DNA of 58,654 nucleotides, the filler included, from Porpidia crustulata (taxonomy: Eukaryota): the NCBI GenBank assembly GCA_964255105.1. It is 4 parts of 4 records of this genome, joined end to end, with 100 filler letters (N's around TTAATTAATTAA, not from the genome) between each part and the next. Parts side by side here need not be neighbours in the genome. Positions count along the whole stretch, not along the records: positions 14,714 to 29,324 come from CAXUWE010000369.1; positions 29,425 to 44,016 come from CAXUWE010000370.1; 2 more parts are not named here. One strand, given 5' to 3'. Shown in pieces: positions 24,322 through 37,160 of the stretch. How positions within the stretch are numbered: the first letter of the stretch is position 1; every line of letters starts with the position of its first letter. The position numbers and the translations under genes were made by a program. Under the pieces are notes generated by a model. That model searched no databases. It worked only from the letters and a program-made list of their open reading frames with translations, and was not told the DNA's origin.

Positions 24322-27300
24322 ATGTTTCGTATTTGGACGATCACTGTATTGGCCCTCTCAGCTTTATTTGCGTCGGCTTTGAAGTATGATCCAGACCAGG
24401 TCCTGTGGAATCTGAACCAAAACCATACCGCTACTTCGGGGCTCGAATATTGGGGAGAATGGCAAAACCATTGTATGTTTGGACCTAGCACATTAATCAG
24501 GCCGACGCTTATTGTCCGTAGCTTTCAACCCGTCGCCCGATAATTGGCGCTTCCCCTTCTATACTCTGATGCTTGACCGATTTGTGAACGGCGACCCCAC
24601 GAATGATGATGCCAATGGTACTGCTTGGGAACACGACCTCACGGGTACTCAATTGAGACATGGAGGTGATATCAAGGGACTTCAAGATACGTTAGACTAT
24701 CTGGCAGGCATGGGGATCAAGGGAATCTATCTTGCTGGCAGCCCAATGATTAATTTCCCTTGGGGATCCGATGGATTCAGCCCTTTGGACTTTACACTTC
24801 TCGATCCTCACTTTGCCACAATCGATGCTTGGCGCGAATGCATTACTGAGATGCACTCTCGTGGGATGTACGTTGTGCTGGACAATACAATGGCTACCCT
24901 AGGAGATCTGATTGGGTTCGAGGGCTATTTCAATGTCTCTGCGCCTCTTAGCTACACGGAGCACAATGCCATGTATAAGACATCGCGCCAATACCACGAC
25001 TTCCAATTCAGCAACGAAATGCTTTCCAAATGTGACTACCCTAGATTTTACGACGACTCTGGGTATCAAGTCCATGGCAATAATACCGAGTACTTCGTTG
25101 GGTGTCGCGATAGTGATTTCGATCAATATGGCGATATTGCAGCCTTTAATATTTATCCCGAGGTGCGTTTCGGTGCTTGGGCTTCTGATCAACGAGGTCC
25201 TCAAGACTGACTCAAGTGCAGTGGCAACGACAAATTAGCAAATTTGCTTCAGTACAAGATCGCCTGCGAGAATGGAAACCGTCTGTGCGGGAAAGAATTG
25301 AGCATTTTTCCTGCATTCAGATCGCCATGCTTGACATTGATGGCTTTCGCATGGACAAGGGGCAGCAGATCACCGTTGATGCACAGGGCGAATTCGCCGA
25401 TCACATACGACAGTGTGCTAAGTCTTTTGGGAAGAACAACTTCTTCATTCCTGGTGAGATTGTTTCCGGTAATGCATTTGGGGCGGACTACTTGGGTCGG
25501 GGAAAGACTCCAGATATGATGGTTAACGATACGACGAAAGCCGTTCAAATGACTACTAAGAACTCAGATGCTTCTGCATTTATACGGGACGTTGGCAAGA
25601 ACGCTTTCGACGCAGCATGCTTCCATTATAGCACGTATCGCAGTCTTACGAGATTTCTTGGGTCAGTCATTCACTCCGTTGTTGTACCGGTGTTTTTTAA
25701 CTTGAAACAGCATGGATGGCTCCTTGTCGGCTGAGGGTGATACACCCGTGGACTTTGTAAGTTTTCACTTCACATGTATATGGCTTCCTCTCACATCCGA
25801 ATAGGTTGAGGCTTGGAACGACTTCATCAAAACCAACGATTTGATCAACGCCAACACCGGCGTCTTCGATCCCCGGCATATGTATGGCGCTCAGAATCAG
25901 GACGTATTCAGATGGCCTACCATAGTCAATGGTACCTACAAGCAGAACCTCGGTACTTTCATTATTACAATGCTCATGCCTGGAATCCCAATGCTCGAAT
26001 GGGGCGAAGAGCAAGCGTACTACGTTTTAGACAATACAGCAGACAATTACGTGTTTGGTCGCCAGCCTATGACGACAGCTACAGCATGGCAAGATCACGG
26101 CTGTTATACTGTCGGTAATGCCAAATTCTCCACATGGCCTCAAGAAAGCGCAGGTTATGGATGCATAGATGATTGGAATAGTATTGACCACCGTGATCCA
26201 TCTCACCCCATTCGAAACATCATGAGGAATATGTTCGAAATGCGCACCCGATATCCGGTACTAAACGACGGGTTCTATGTCAAGACACTCTCAAAACAAA
26301 CGCATCCTATCTACCTACCTGGGTCGATGGGTACAGCTACCGAAACAGGAATGTGGAGTGTCTTGCGCAGCCGGTGGGAAGGTATGTTAAATGGCAGAGG
26401 TTCCTTACGGTGCATCAAGCTAATGCACGGCAATGCAGGTGTCCAAGATTTCTCGGGCCAAGGCCAAGGCAACCAGAGCATCTGGCTTCTTTATCATAAC
26501 GAAGGTTTTGTTCAGACATACGACTTTGACTGCAATAACAATGAATCGGCGTTGATCGCTCCATTTGACGAGGGTACTAGGGTCAAAAATCTTCTCTACC
26601 CCTACGATGAGCTTACGCTGGGCGCATCCCCACAAACTCTAAGTAAGTCACAATACCTCGAAGACAATGAGCGCTAGAGCTGATTTTATTTCCAGAGCTA
26701 GAGAATTCTACGAAGCATAATGGGTGTCTAGACTATTTAACTTTCTCTCCCTGGGGCTACATGGCTTACGTCCCCATTGAGAAGTGGTTGAGACCATCAC
26801 CTGTCATCACCAAGTTCGAGCCGGGACACGATGCGCGGATATTATCCAATTCCAGTACAGGTGAACAGGGTACGGTACCCGTCGCAATTTACTTTTCCGA
26901 TGAGATGAATTGCAAGCAAGTCCAGGATGCCATTTCGTTCAATTCCGCAACCGTCGATGGCACTACCCCTATGATCGACAACAGTAGCGTCTCGTGTCAG
27001 ACTACTAACGACACCACGGCTAAGGTTTCGAAGTATACTGGGCCGATTACAGGTCAGATACCAGGGACTTGGGTACTTCACGCAAATTTGGTGAATGTGT
27101 CAGATGGAGTTCATTCAGTGACTGTTGGCAATGTCTCAACACAAGCAGGAAATACCTCCACGAACGCAATCCATCACTTCATGTTTCGTATTGGACAACC
27201 CGATAACCCAATGGTGTTCGTTCGAGCCGGCAACTACTCGGAGACACTCCTCAACCAGTACAACAACGGTTCCCTGTACATGTCGCACAAGGCTTCTGGT

Positions 27301-29324
27301 GCTGACAAATTCCGCTATTCCACCAATTGGGGATCTAGCTGGACGGAATGGCAATCCTACAATGGTGGCAATATGCTGATCGAAGTACAAGATTGGTCAG
27401 GGACTAAATTACAACGATGGACTGGACATCATCTCATGGTGCAGTACTGGAGCCAACTCACAGGCAGCAGTAATCACCTTCAACAGGGTGACCTAGAAGC
27501 AAATACCAAGCCTCGGCGATACCCGCACTTTGATGTTCATGGCTCGTTCAACGAATATGGATACGATTCGGGTATTGCCAGCACCATGAAGCAGAATAGC
27601 TTGGGAATTTGGGAATATGACTTCATGAACGAATGGCCATCAGAATTCCAGGTCAACGTATGGGGTGTCGACGTTGACGGCAAACCAGACCTGACCCGAG
27701 CATTCGGTGACGTGGATAACGATGGCGTGTTAGATCTGCTCTCTCCTGTGTCTTTGTTAAAGAATGTTGTTGAAATTCCAAATTCTTCGTACCCTCCTGC
27801 TCAGGCCTTGGCATACCGGATTGCGGTGAACGACGCCGACCTTCGATATTACTTGACGCCAATTGGATCGAGCTGGAAACAGGCACTAATCTTCGCCCTA
27901 TTGGCCGCGGTTCCTCTCATCACTAGTGTTGCTGCGACATGGGCCTATTTACGTACTTTTTACTCTGTGAAATTTAACAACGTTGGCATAACTGAGAAAC
28001 GTGGAATACTTCCGACGACCATGAGAAAAGACTTTCGTCTGGATCGGATTTTTCCTGGGACTGCTTTGAGTGCTTTGAATAAGTTCAAGCGCACGTCTGC
28101 ACCAGAGTCTTCTACAGAGACTCCTATAATTCGAACAAATGCCTTGGCAGTCTCGCAACGTCGGACCGTCCTTATAGCAACGATGGAATATCACATCGAA
28201 GACTGGGACATCAAGATTAAGATCGGCGGACTAGGTGTCATGGCCCAATTAATGAGCCAGAATCTTCAACACCAAGATCTTGTATGGGTAGTGCCATGCG
28301 TAGGAGGTATTGAATATCCTGTGGATCAACGTGCAAAGCCGATGATTGTCACGATTCTGGGCATTGAATATACTGTCCAAGTTCAGTATCATCACATTCG
28401 CAACATCACGTATGTTCTCTTGGATGCGCCAGTATTCAGACAGAACACAAAAGCGGAACCTTATCCTCGACGCATGGATGACATAGATAGCGCCATCTTT
28501 TACTCCGCTTGGTACGTCTCCCGTAACTCTAGAAAATCGCTCATAGCATTACGACTGACTTGACGTTCTAGGAATTCTTGCATTGCTGAGACCCTGCGAC
28601 GCTTCCCCATTGATCTGTAAGCTGATACTTTTGACGATACTCCGGTCCAAACGCTCATGCTACTTCTCTAGTTATCATATAAACGACTATCATGGCGCGG
28701 TAGCTCCATTACATCTATTACCAAGGGTTATACCTTGCTGTCTGTCATTGCACAATGCGGAATTCCAAGGACTTTGGCCAATGCGGACACCAGTGGAGAT
28801 GGATGAGGTATGTCGGATTTACAACCTAGATCCGGAGGTCGTCAAGCAGTACGTCCAATTTGGTGAAGTCTTCAACCTTCTTCATGCCGGGGCTAGTTAT
28901 CTTCGTATCTGGCAAAAGGGTTTCGGCGCTGCAGGTAAGCTTTGACGCCACACCAATCACTCGCTAACCCCATGCCTGTGCGATTTCATCTCGGTGTTCT
29001 GACCAATGGCTGTAGGTGTATCTTCCAAATACGGGAAAAGATCGTTCGCCCGTTATCCTATATTTTGGGGTCTTAGCAAGATTGGTAGTCTCCCAAATCC
29101 AGACCCTACTGACACCGACGACTGGGATAAACAGCTCCCTGTTCTAAAAGATATCAACGTAGACGCGGATTTTGAAGCAAGCCGAGGGAATCTTAGACGT
29201 CAAGCTCAAGAGTGGGCTGGTCTGGACGTCAACCCAAACGCCGAACTTTTCGTTTTCGTGGGTCGTTGGTCCGAGCAGAAAGGCATCGACTTGATAGCAG
29301 ATGTTTTCCCGGCTATTCTAGAGG
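24322..29324 (+). CDS. ags1: Cell-wall alpha-1,3-glucan synthase (GH13 + GT5 domains), multi-intron, 3'-truncated by the contig end
   Basis: Signal peptide, PSPDNWRFPFYTLMLDRFVNGDPTND, IDGFRMDK, a TM segment, TVLIATMEYHIEDWDIKIKIGGLGVMAQL and FVGRWSEQKGIDLIAD. Canonical introns, the first at 24473-24521. Which ags paralog this is cannot be determined. Confidence 0.96.
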
Positions 29325-29424
29325 NNNNNNNNNNNNNNNNNNNNNNNNNNNNNNNNNNNNNNNNNNNNTTAATTAATTAANNNNNNNNNNNNNNNNNNNN
29401 NNNNNNNNNNNNNNNNNNNNNNNN
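29325..29424. other. Artificial contig-joining spacer
   Basis: 44 N + TTAATTAATTAA + 44 N. Confidence 0.99.
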
Positions 29425-29786
29425 CGGGTGTTCATGATGGATCCGTGGTGGAGCTTTGCGGTGGAGGCGCAGGCGATCGATCGGGTGCATCGGATGGGGC
29501 AGGAGGAGGAGGTCCGGGTCGTGCGGTTTGTGGTTGCCGGCAGCATCGAGGGGAGGATGTTGAGGATCCAGGAGAGGAAGAAGTTTATGTGAGTTTTCTA
29601 TGCAATTTCTATTCCCCCTCTGTTTCCTTGGTTTTCGTGCCGCTTATGTTCCGTGGGGATTGTGCGGGGCTAGTGAGATTGTGTGCTGATTTCAGCTTGA
29701 TGGGTAGAGCGAGTTCCCTGGGCATGATGAGCGAGGAGGAGAAGAAGACGCAGCGGATCGAGGATATTAAGGAACTGTTAAGCTGA
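29425..29786 (+). CDS. RAD5: DNA repair helicase/ubiquitin ligase Rad5, 3' end
   Basis: RVFMMDPWWSFAVEAQAIDRVHRMGQ (SNF2 helicase motifs V-VI); intron 29589-29707; KKFIASSLGMMSEEEKKTQRIEDIKELLS* is the typical fungal Rad5 C-terminus. Confidence 0.9.
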
Positions 29787-30963
29787 GCGTTGGCGCTAGG
29801 CGCCAAATGAAGCAAAAGGGAGGGAGGAGCGGACTTGAGCACTAAATGGCTCTGGCTTTGGGCCGGTTGAGGGAATGCATGGGAGGCACATGGAGGTTGA
29901 TTGCATCTGCTATGCTTGAACATCCGTAGCGGGCTTCGAGCGAAGGATTTTGGGCGCGAAGCTGGAATGTATATCGCTACATATATTTTTGGGGAGATGA
30001 GAATATTTAGCTATGTACATGATAGTTATATACAGCGGGTATCCTACCCCCGAAGTTCTTCAAATGCATTTGCGTTTGCGCTCGCTGATTTTGGGCGAGG
30101 AATCAGTACGGCTTATCCATCAGGTAGATATGATAGATGCGTTGGACATTGCTTGTACCGTCACAGTCGAGTGATCGGTCCCGGTATCAGAAACTTGGTT
30201 GCTGCTGCTACTGGTACCGCCGCGCTGGTGTGAATGAGAGATATCTGGATGAATCGATAAGATTAGTGGAGTATTTGGTATCGATCCTGTGTGTCGAGAG
30301 GTTTCCGCTCTGAAAGTGTATGGAACAGGGGATGTCGGTGAGGAGATATCTCTGTAAAAGTAAGGAGATACCTCTGTGAAGGTCTCGAGCTGGTCACTGT
30401 AGTGAAGCTGCATTTTTAGTTGGCATGCAAGACGGAGGTGAACAGTTCCAGGTGCAGATGGATCCTTTGAAAGGCCAATGCAGTAGGTGGAACAGAGGGC
30501 ATGTTTTTTTGTGATCCGTAGATATTTCGTTTCTTGCTTAGCTGGATGCGTGACATATCATGCCATCTATCTGGTTTTCGCGTGCCGAGCGGGAAGAGGT
30601 GTTTCTGTTGCGTGGGGTTTGGATCGAAAGACCTGGTTTTCCATTGGGTAGGTCCCTTATTTGGTCGTTGTTGTACGCTCTCTAATCGGTGCATTGATGG
30701 TATGTTGTGATCGGGAGTTCTATAGAGAACAATAAATGATAGATATCTGCGCGGGGTGACGGCGTGTCGAGATCATTGCTCGGCTTTTCTTTTGGCGCAG
30801 GTGGTCTTATCATCCTACGGTAATGCTGGCTTGTTCTTATAGACTTTGATTTTGACGACCCCGGTTTGATTGGCAGTCAGTAGAAGCAAGGAAGGTGGTT
30901 TGAGAAGTAAACCGTAATCCATATGGTGACGCGTATTGGCATCAATCGCCATGGCCAAATTCG

Positions 30964-31920
30964 TCACTTCTTTCCTATATGTAACTTCTCCTTGAGCTTT
31001 TGGCCCCTGCTTTTCTTCGTTGCTGATGTAGGTTCTGACGGATCAGACTTTACCTCACTGATGGATGCTGGCTCGGCTTCAGAAACACGAGGGGTAACTT
31101 TTTCATCGGTGACTCCTAAGGAGTGAACGGGTTAATGCCTAATACCACCATGTACGGGTCCTAGCAAATTACGAAGAGAGAGGAAGTATGACTTACGATC
31201 AGCGTCTTTTACGGAATCTTGAATCGCCGCCGCGGAATCTTGACTGCCAGGGTTCAGTTCCGTAGGTCTGGTATTGGTATCTTTGATTCCAAGATATTGG
31301 TCAGCTTCACTCCCACCCAGTCCACTCGTGATGACTTCAGTTGTGTTAGTCCCTTCTTTATTTACTTCACTGTGGCTCGTCGAGACCATTGGAACATTAT
31401 TCTCTTCTCTCTCATCCTGGCCGCCATGAAGCACTTTGCCGTCATCGTGCACCACGGACCCAGGAAACTTATCGGTATTTATTGGAGCCTTCGCAGCACT
31501 GGGAGACTCTTTTGTTACGATGCTCTCTTGCTCCTTCGGCGTAGTTTGCGCTCCAGTAGGTTCCGTAAGAGAATTGGTTACTTCTTGCTCATCCTTTGGA
31601 ACCTCTTGGTTGGGATATGGAGCAGCACTATCTCTGACCTCGGTTGGACTACGGGTTGGTTTGATAGTGTCTGCAGATGACTTTTCGGTTCCTCGCGCTT
31701 CGTCCATGTATTTCTCGTTGGAACTTGCAACTACGCCACCGATTTGATTTGAGCTCCCTTCCATAGGCTTGGGAGTCTCTGGGACGGAAGTCTCATGCCC
31801 ACTATCGTACCGAAGTAAGAGCATGTACAGTTGATGTATTCTTTCCTGCACTGTGAGTGAATCATTACTGAATATCAGGTTCTGTTCGTGGAGAATTGAA
31901 GCTGCAGTAGTATCACTCAT
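30964..31920 (-). CDS. Hydrophilic, probably disordered protein (291 aa) ending KKSRGQKLKEKLHIGKK
   Basis: Exon 31197-31920, GT-AG intron 31116-31196 and exon 30964-31115 give 876 nt in frame. Rich in E/S/T/K/P. Confidence 0.75.
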
Positions 31921-32962
31921 TCGTGAAAAGACAGACCCGGCTGGCTTTGGAGACTCGGATTGACCTAAAACTTCCGATATCCTGCCTTCAGCCGCGTGAC
32001 CTCACTACGAACATGACAGACCGTAGATATTATGCACAGATACTTGACGTACGGGAACTTTTATTTTCTTGACCGATTTTGGTCCTCGACTCACCGGAGG
32101 TGTAAGTATTGCTAGTTTCAGTTTCCTCCGGAGATTCGTTGGTGGCCAAGCCATATTGACCTATCGCAAGATTAAGTCAGCTTTATGTTTTCCTACGATT
32201 ATTACCGGACCTGTTGATAATACAAGACTTCAGCTGATATACAGCTGGTACTCACAGAGACTTACCATCTGCATTCCCACCATCATAGGGCTCTACGGCT
32301 GTGCCACTGCCTGTTTCTCCGGACACCGGTTCTTGACCTGATTGCACCTGATTGCTACCTAAACCAATTGCATTCTTAATGGCCTCCATTGTGCACGGTA
32401 ATCTTCCTGATCGCAAACTGAGGACTAGCTGATTCTATGTTAGGGATCCTGGATGTCATGCTTAAGCGACATTCTTCTCGGTCAATGTGAGGTAGCGCAG
32501 ACTCATAGTTACCTCAGTAGAGTATAGGCGGTGGTCAAAAATCGCTCTATTCCGATCCTTTTTATGTTTAGCTAATTGGCTTAAAACACTTCGAAGTTGA
32601 TGTTCTTGAATTAGAAGTAGAGAGGACTGGAGTAGGGAGGACGATACACCTATGACGTATCATATATGGCACTCGCTTACGATTGCCTTATTTCGCGGGA
32701 GCTGGCCCAAGCCCCCTTTTGCAATGTTACAATCCCGTCAACTAGGTAACAAACAAATGATATATGCAGATGCTGGACCTATAGTATTCAGATAGAATAT
32801 CATCGATTTATTGACAGTACTTTAAGATTTGCATTTATGCTGTCGGGATTTAAGTCATGAGACAACCTGTGCTGTAAAATATCCCAATTCCACACAACGG
32901 CATTTCGTTCTCCCCTTCTGTGTCTGATCAGGGTATTGCTCGTTAAGAACTTTCTCATAGAC

Positions 32963-35049
32963 TCAAGAGTCTGTGCTGTTTACGCTGGCAGCCTTTTTTG
33001 TGTCTTCAACCCCAAAGACAGCAATCTTATCCCCTTTAATCGGACGGAATTCAGCAACATATCTCTTCAGCGGGCCTTCGTTGTCGTCATTTTTGATCAA
33101 CTCCTGTTTGCCACAGTAGTCCCGTAATACTCTGCCCTGTATCGTTTCTTTGACCATACGCTTCAAGGAACGTGCACCGAATTGCATATCATAGCCTTCC
33201 TTGGCCATATAAGCGCATAATTCGCCGTCTCTCTTGATATCGAGGCATACGTGGCCAACAGAATGGCGATTCTCCAGATCAATTGGTTTGCGTAGCTGAT
33301 CCTTTAATGCAAGCGCAAATTTATGGGCAACCACTGCAGCCTCGTCCGTAGAGAAAGGCATAAATGGGATTATAGCGGAGAAACGCCCGGTGATGTAATT
33401 CTACACATCGTCAGCCTGTATCATAGTCGAATGAAACTGCCTTTTGGCTTACCCCGAAAGCACCTGCAAAGTCCTTCCTGATATGCCTGTCTAAGATTTT
33501 CCATGGGGCTTGTTCTTGGACACTTTTTGGTCTGTCTGCTAGGTGCTCAGTGTAGAACGCGCTTATGATAGATTCTCCTCGATTTGTTGCCAGGATCCAG
33601 ATTGTTTGGGAGCAATCTATCACAGCATGGCTACGTCGATCTCGATATACACCTGACGGATTAGCGAGACATCTAATGCTTGGTCCATTATGTTCCTTAC
33701 CGCCTTCCACGACAGACAGAAGAGCTGCCCAGAGCTCCTGCGTAGACTTCTCAAATTCGTCAAGTAGAACGATGTTCCGACGCCTAGATTCTCTATATAG
33801 GTGGTTATTCAATGGTGAGCCCTCCTCGTAGCCCTCATGAGGAGCCTTGGGCCCGAATATGTCAGTTTCGTGCCTAATCTCGGTACAATCAACGAGAATA
33901 TGCTCAATGGACAGCAGAAACTTCATGTCCATGGCAAGCTTGGTTTTTCCATGTCCTGACGGGCCTGCAAAGACCATCACCAACGGCTCTTTGTCGCCAA
34001 ATGCTACGTGATGAATAATACGCTCAAATGCTAGAGTAGTCGCAAAATCCTGGCCAATCAGGTGGTGTGGAGCCTGTAACAATGCAGTCATATTATGAAG
34101 TTTTGCGATCTCTATCGTTCGAGGAGACGGACGACCGATGGCGGCAGCCTTGGAAAGGAAATATCTTTGAGTCAGATTGAGAGTTCTTATCAATGCCTCT
34201 CGATATATCGATCCATACCATAAAGCTGCTGTTGGTGTAGGGATAGTCCGAGTTCCAGTGGTGTCTTCGGGCGCTTTCATGTATACCCTCCACATCTCTT
34301 CTGGGATTACCATTGGATCTGCCCCGAGAGCTAGGAGCGTTTTGACCAATTCTGTAGTGTTGATCGAATTCTCATCTGCTTTGATGACTGCTAGGGTCAG
34401 GAGAGGTATGTCAGAATGCTCTGCTCGTACGTTTGGATCCCCACCATTCTCAATTAGTAAACGAGTAGTGTCTGCGCTGTTGTTCTGTACGACCGAGAAC
34501 ATCGTCGGTAATCCATTGACGGTGCCCTTTATAGCCTTTTGTACCTCTGCGGCTTCGTGGATGGCGAAGAAAGATTTGAAGTGGTTGTAAGAGTACGATT
34601 GTTGTAGAGCCCAACTGATGGTTTCTGAGGACAAAGGCTTGCCTAACAAATCGTTTGGCTTCGCGCCGTGAGTGAAACGCTGCGGCAAAGTTCTGGGTAT
34701 CGATAAGATCTAGAATCGAGAATATGAGCGTTTAGATCAGAGTAGATTGCAATATGCGTATACTTACGGACGAGCGTTCCACATGGGACGAAGTGTCTCG
34801 TTTCTCGCCTTTGATGAAAACCAAGTTCTCGGGGGTTGGGGAGCTTGCATCTGGAATCTCATCGGGCATTGAGCGCCATTGATGGTTCGCAATTTTCGCA
34901 ATGCTCGATGAGGCAAAAGAGCTAGGACGTGGAGCGTCATTACCAGTTTCAGTGTGAGAATAGCGGCAAGCTTCGTCGCTGTATTTGCAGGAGTTTTGAT
35001 TCTTCCAGTACCAACAGGTCCATCCCTTGGACTCGGAACGATCAGCCAT
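32963..35049 (-). CDS. CCCH zinc finger + ankyrin + ClpA/B-D2-type AAA+ ATPase
   Basis: CWYWKNQNSCKYSDEACRYSH; ankyrin-like TTRLLIENGGDPN and LVKTLLALGADP; Walker A GPSGHGKT, Walker B IVLLDEFEK, sensor-1 WILATN, sensor-2 FGARSL. Three GT-AG introns (first 34710-34767) keep the frame. Confidence 0.88.
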
Positions 35050-36209
35050 CTCAAAATTCGTATCGGATTCAACTGAGCCTAGGTATGATCGTGGTTGTTT
35101 GGTGAGGAGCTTGATAGTAGAGCGAGCCAGCCTCTTAAGAGGTACAATGGCACAAAGAAGATTGCCACGTGATATTGCCCCTTTGGAGAATATCGGGCAA
35201 CTGCATCAAGTTTTATGAGATTTGAGTTTACTAAAAGAAAGATAGATCGAAATGCTGCAGCCACGGCCGAGCAATAAGTATTACATTTTCGTAGAGGAAT
35301 ATTTCATTATTTCCTTTAGATCACAAGGCAATCAGAACGCCCCGGAAAAACGAGACAAGCCTCGTATTTTGCTCAGATAAGTTGACGCTTCAGGTGGCAT
35401 GATATTCTGTAGAGAAGCCAACAGCTTGTTGTAGAAAGTTCGTAATTACATATAGAATCAAGGCTTTCATAGTTCTAGATTTGCACGGAGGATTGAGCTG
35501 TGATCAAGCGTCCACAAGCATAGTCGTTTGCTGTTTACCGGTCGATTCTGAGAAACACTTAATGGCAGCTGGGGGCACACTGGACTTATCCGCAGAGTTG
35601 TCTCAAAAGATTTGCTCCTTGAGGGTTGAGGTCGGGAAGTTGGTCAGGAAAATGGATTACACAGGACATGATCTAATCGCGATCAATGTTGTTAGATTGA
35701 TGAAGCAAGAACGTTGAACCGCTTCGGCTTTTGGTTGTCTCGACACATCCCGAGTTCTATAGTGTTTCTTGCTTGGTTGTAAATCGGTATAACGGACGGT
35801 AGACCTAGTCAACAAGACTTAGGACATACGGTGACACCACACCAGACTTTGCAAGACCCTTGGTATCATAATTGAAGTATATGTTCACCCAATGTTTGGG
35901 AATCCTTTTCTAATACACGTGTGCTGGCCGTCATCACCCACCCACCCATCAAACTCCAAATCCATCAACCGCAACATATTCGCATCAACTCTCTTCAAAA
36001 TTCCGCTTCATTACAGGAAGAGGGCCCGAGTCAGGTATCTCAACCGCGAGGTATCCTTCGCCTCTTCGGCTATAAGTGTAGAACCCGCTCGTGGCGACCA
36101 CGTTCGAAGAGTTCTAGGATATGTACTTTGCCTTTCCAGCACGGGCAAAGGAGTGCCTCCTTGGTTTTCCATTTGCCATTGTGAACTCTCCCGACAACAA
36201 TAAGTTTCT

Positions 36210-37160
36210 CTAGTTGCTCCACCCATGTTTCCACGAGCCCTTGAATTGATGCCGGATCAGAGCGGTGTCAGCCCCCATCCTATTGCTACCCGAGTGTGGT
36301 TGTCCAGTGCCAAATCCGTCGATAGGGAGGACAAGTATGTCTCCAAACAGACGCGGTTGCTTCAGGTTCGTGACGTTCCGATAGGTCACTTTCGTATTTG
36401 TCGCCGCTGACAGACTTTTAAAGACAACACGGGACCAAATCGCAGGTCCCGTTGTCTGTACTACTTCCTCATCCGCCGGAACTAGATCGGCTACAATTGT
36501 ATGGTGTTTGCTGGCGAGTTCGTTCAAAGCTTTGATCACCTCGTCCAAAATCATTTTCATCATCGGATGACCTGGACTTGAGGCAAGCGTCCATTGACAG
36601 AATGATATCCTTTCCAAAAGTCCGTGCGATGGAGTAGGATCATCAAGTTGATCGTATTCGATACCAACGATAGCCCGAGTCTGCGACTGAAGTTCAGGTG
36701 AGATCCATTCGCGCACAGGTTTCAACACTGTTGTGTCCAGATCACTGTAGACGCCCCCTTCAGCCTCGAGAAGCATATATCGTAGTAGATCGGACCGAAA
36801 GATTGGATATTTAATCGATTGGTAAGTTTGGAGGATGTGTGGTCGATTCGAGTAGTATTCCTCCACAAAGCCGTTCGCGCCATTATTGCTGACGAGGACA
36901 TACGAATAGTCCTGATTCTTCGTCACCCATGACTGTACGGTCTCTCCGAGACCATCAAATGGAGAGTACCCAAGAAACACCTGCCATATCTTGTGAGGAA
37001 TTTCGCCGAGTGCTGGTGATGGTACGCCTAACGGGGCCGTCTGAGCCGTTGACTGCCTGTTGTGGAAGCGATAGAGGCAGAGAGTTAAAAGGAACGAAGC
37101 GACAAGAAAGGCAAAAGAACGTCGACGAAAGCTATGGAGAGTCATATCGCTAGAGAACAT
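36210..37160 (-). CDS. Glycosyltransferase family 32 (Och1-like alpha-1,6-mannosyltransferase)
   Basis: N-terminal TM anchor, IPHKIWQ, SDLLRYMLLEAEGGVYSDLD (DXD), FCQWTLASSPGHP, TGPAIWS and RHQFKGSW. Start chosen at ATG 37160; the longer ORF-track start is unlikely. Confidence 0.92.
   Translation of the reverse strand: MFSSDMTLHSFRRRSFAFLVASFLLTLCLYRFHNRQSTAQTAPLGVPSPALGEIPHKIWQVFLGYSPFDGLGETVQSWVTKNQDYSYVLVSNNGANGFVEEYYSNRPHILQTYQSIKYPIFRSDLLRYMLLEAEGGVYSDLDTTVLKPVREWISPELQSQTRAIVGIEYDQLDDPTPSHGLLERISFCQWTLASSPGHPMMKMILDEVIKALNELASKHHTIVADLVPADEEVVQTTGPAIWSRVVFKSLSAATNTKVTYRNVTNLKQPRLFGDILVLPIDGFGTGQPHSGSNRMGADTALIRHQFKGSWKHGWSN

Noticed and set aside
24322..37160. Apparent cell-wall cluster (alpha-glucan synthase + GT32)
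   Set aside because: The genes lie on different contigs separated by an artificial spacer.
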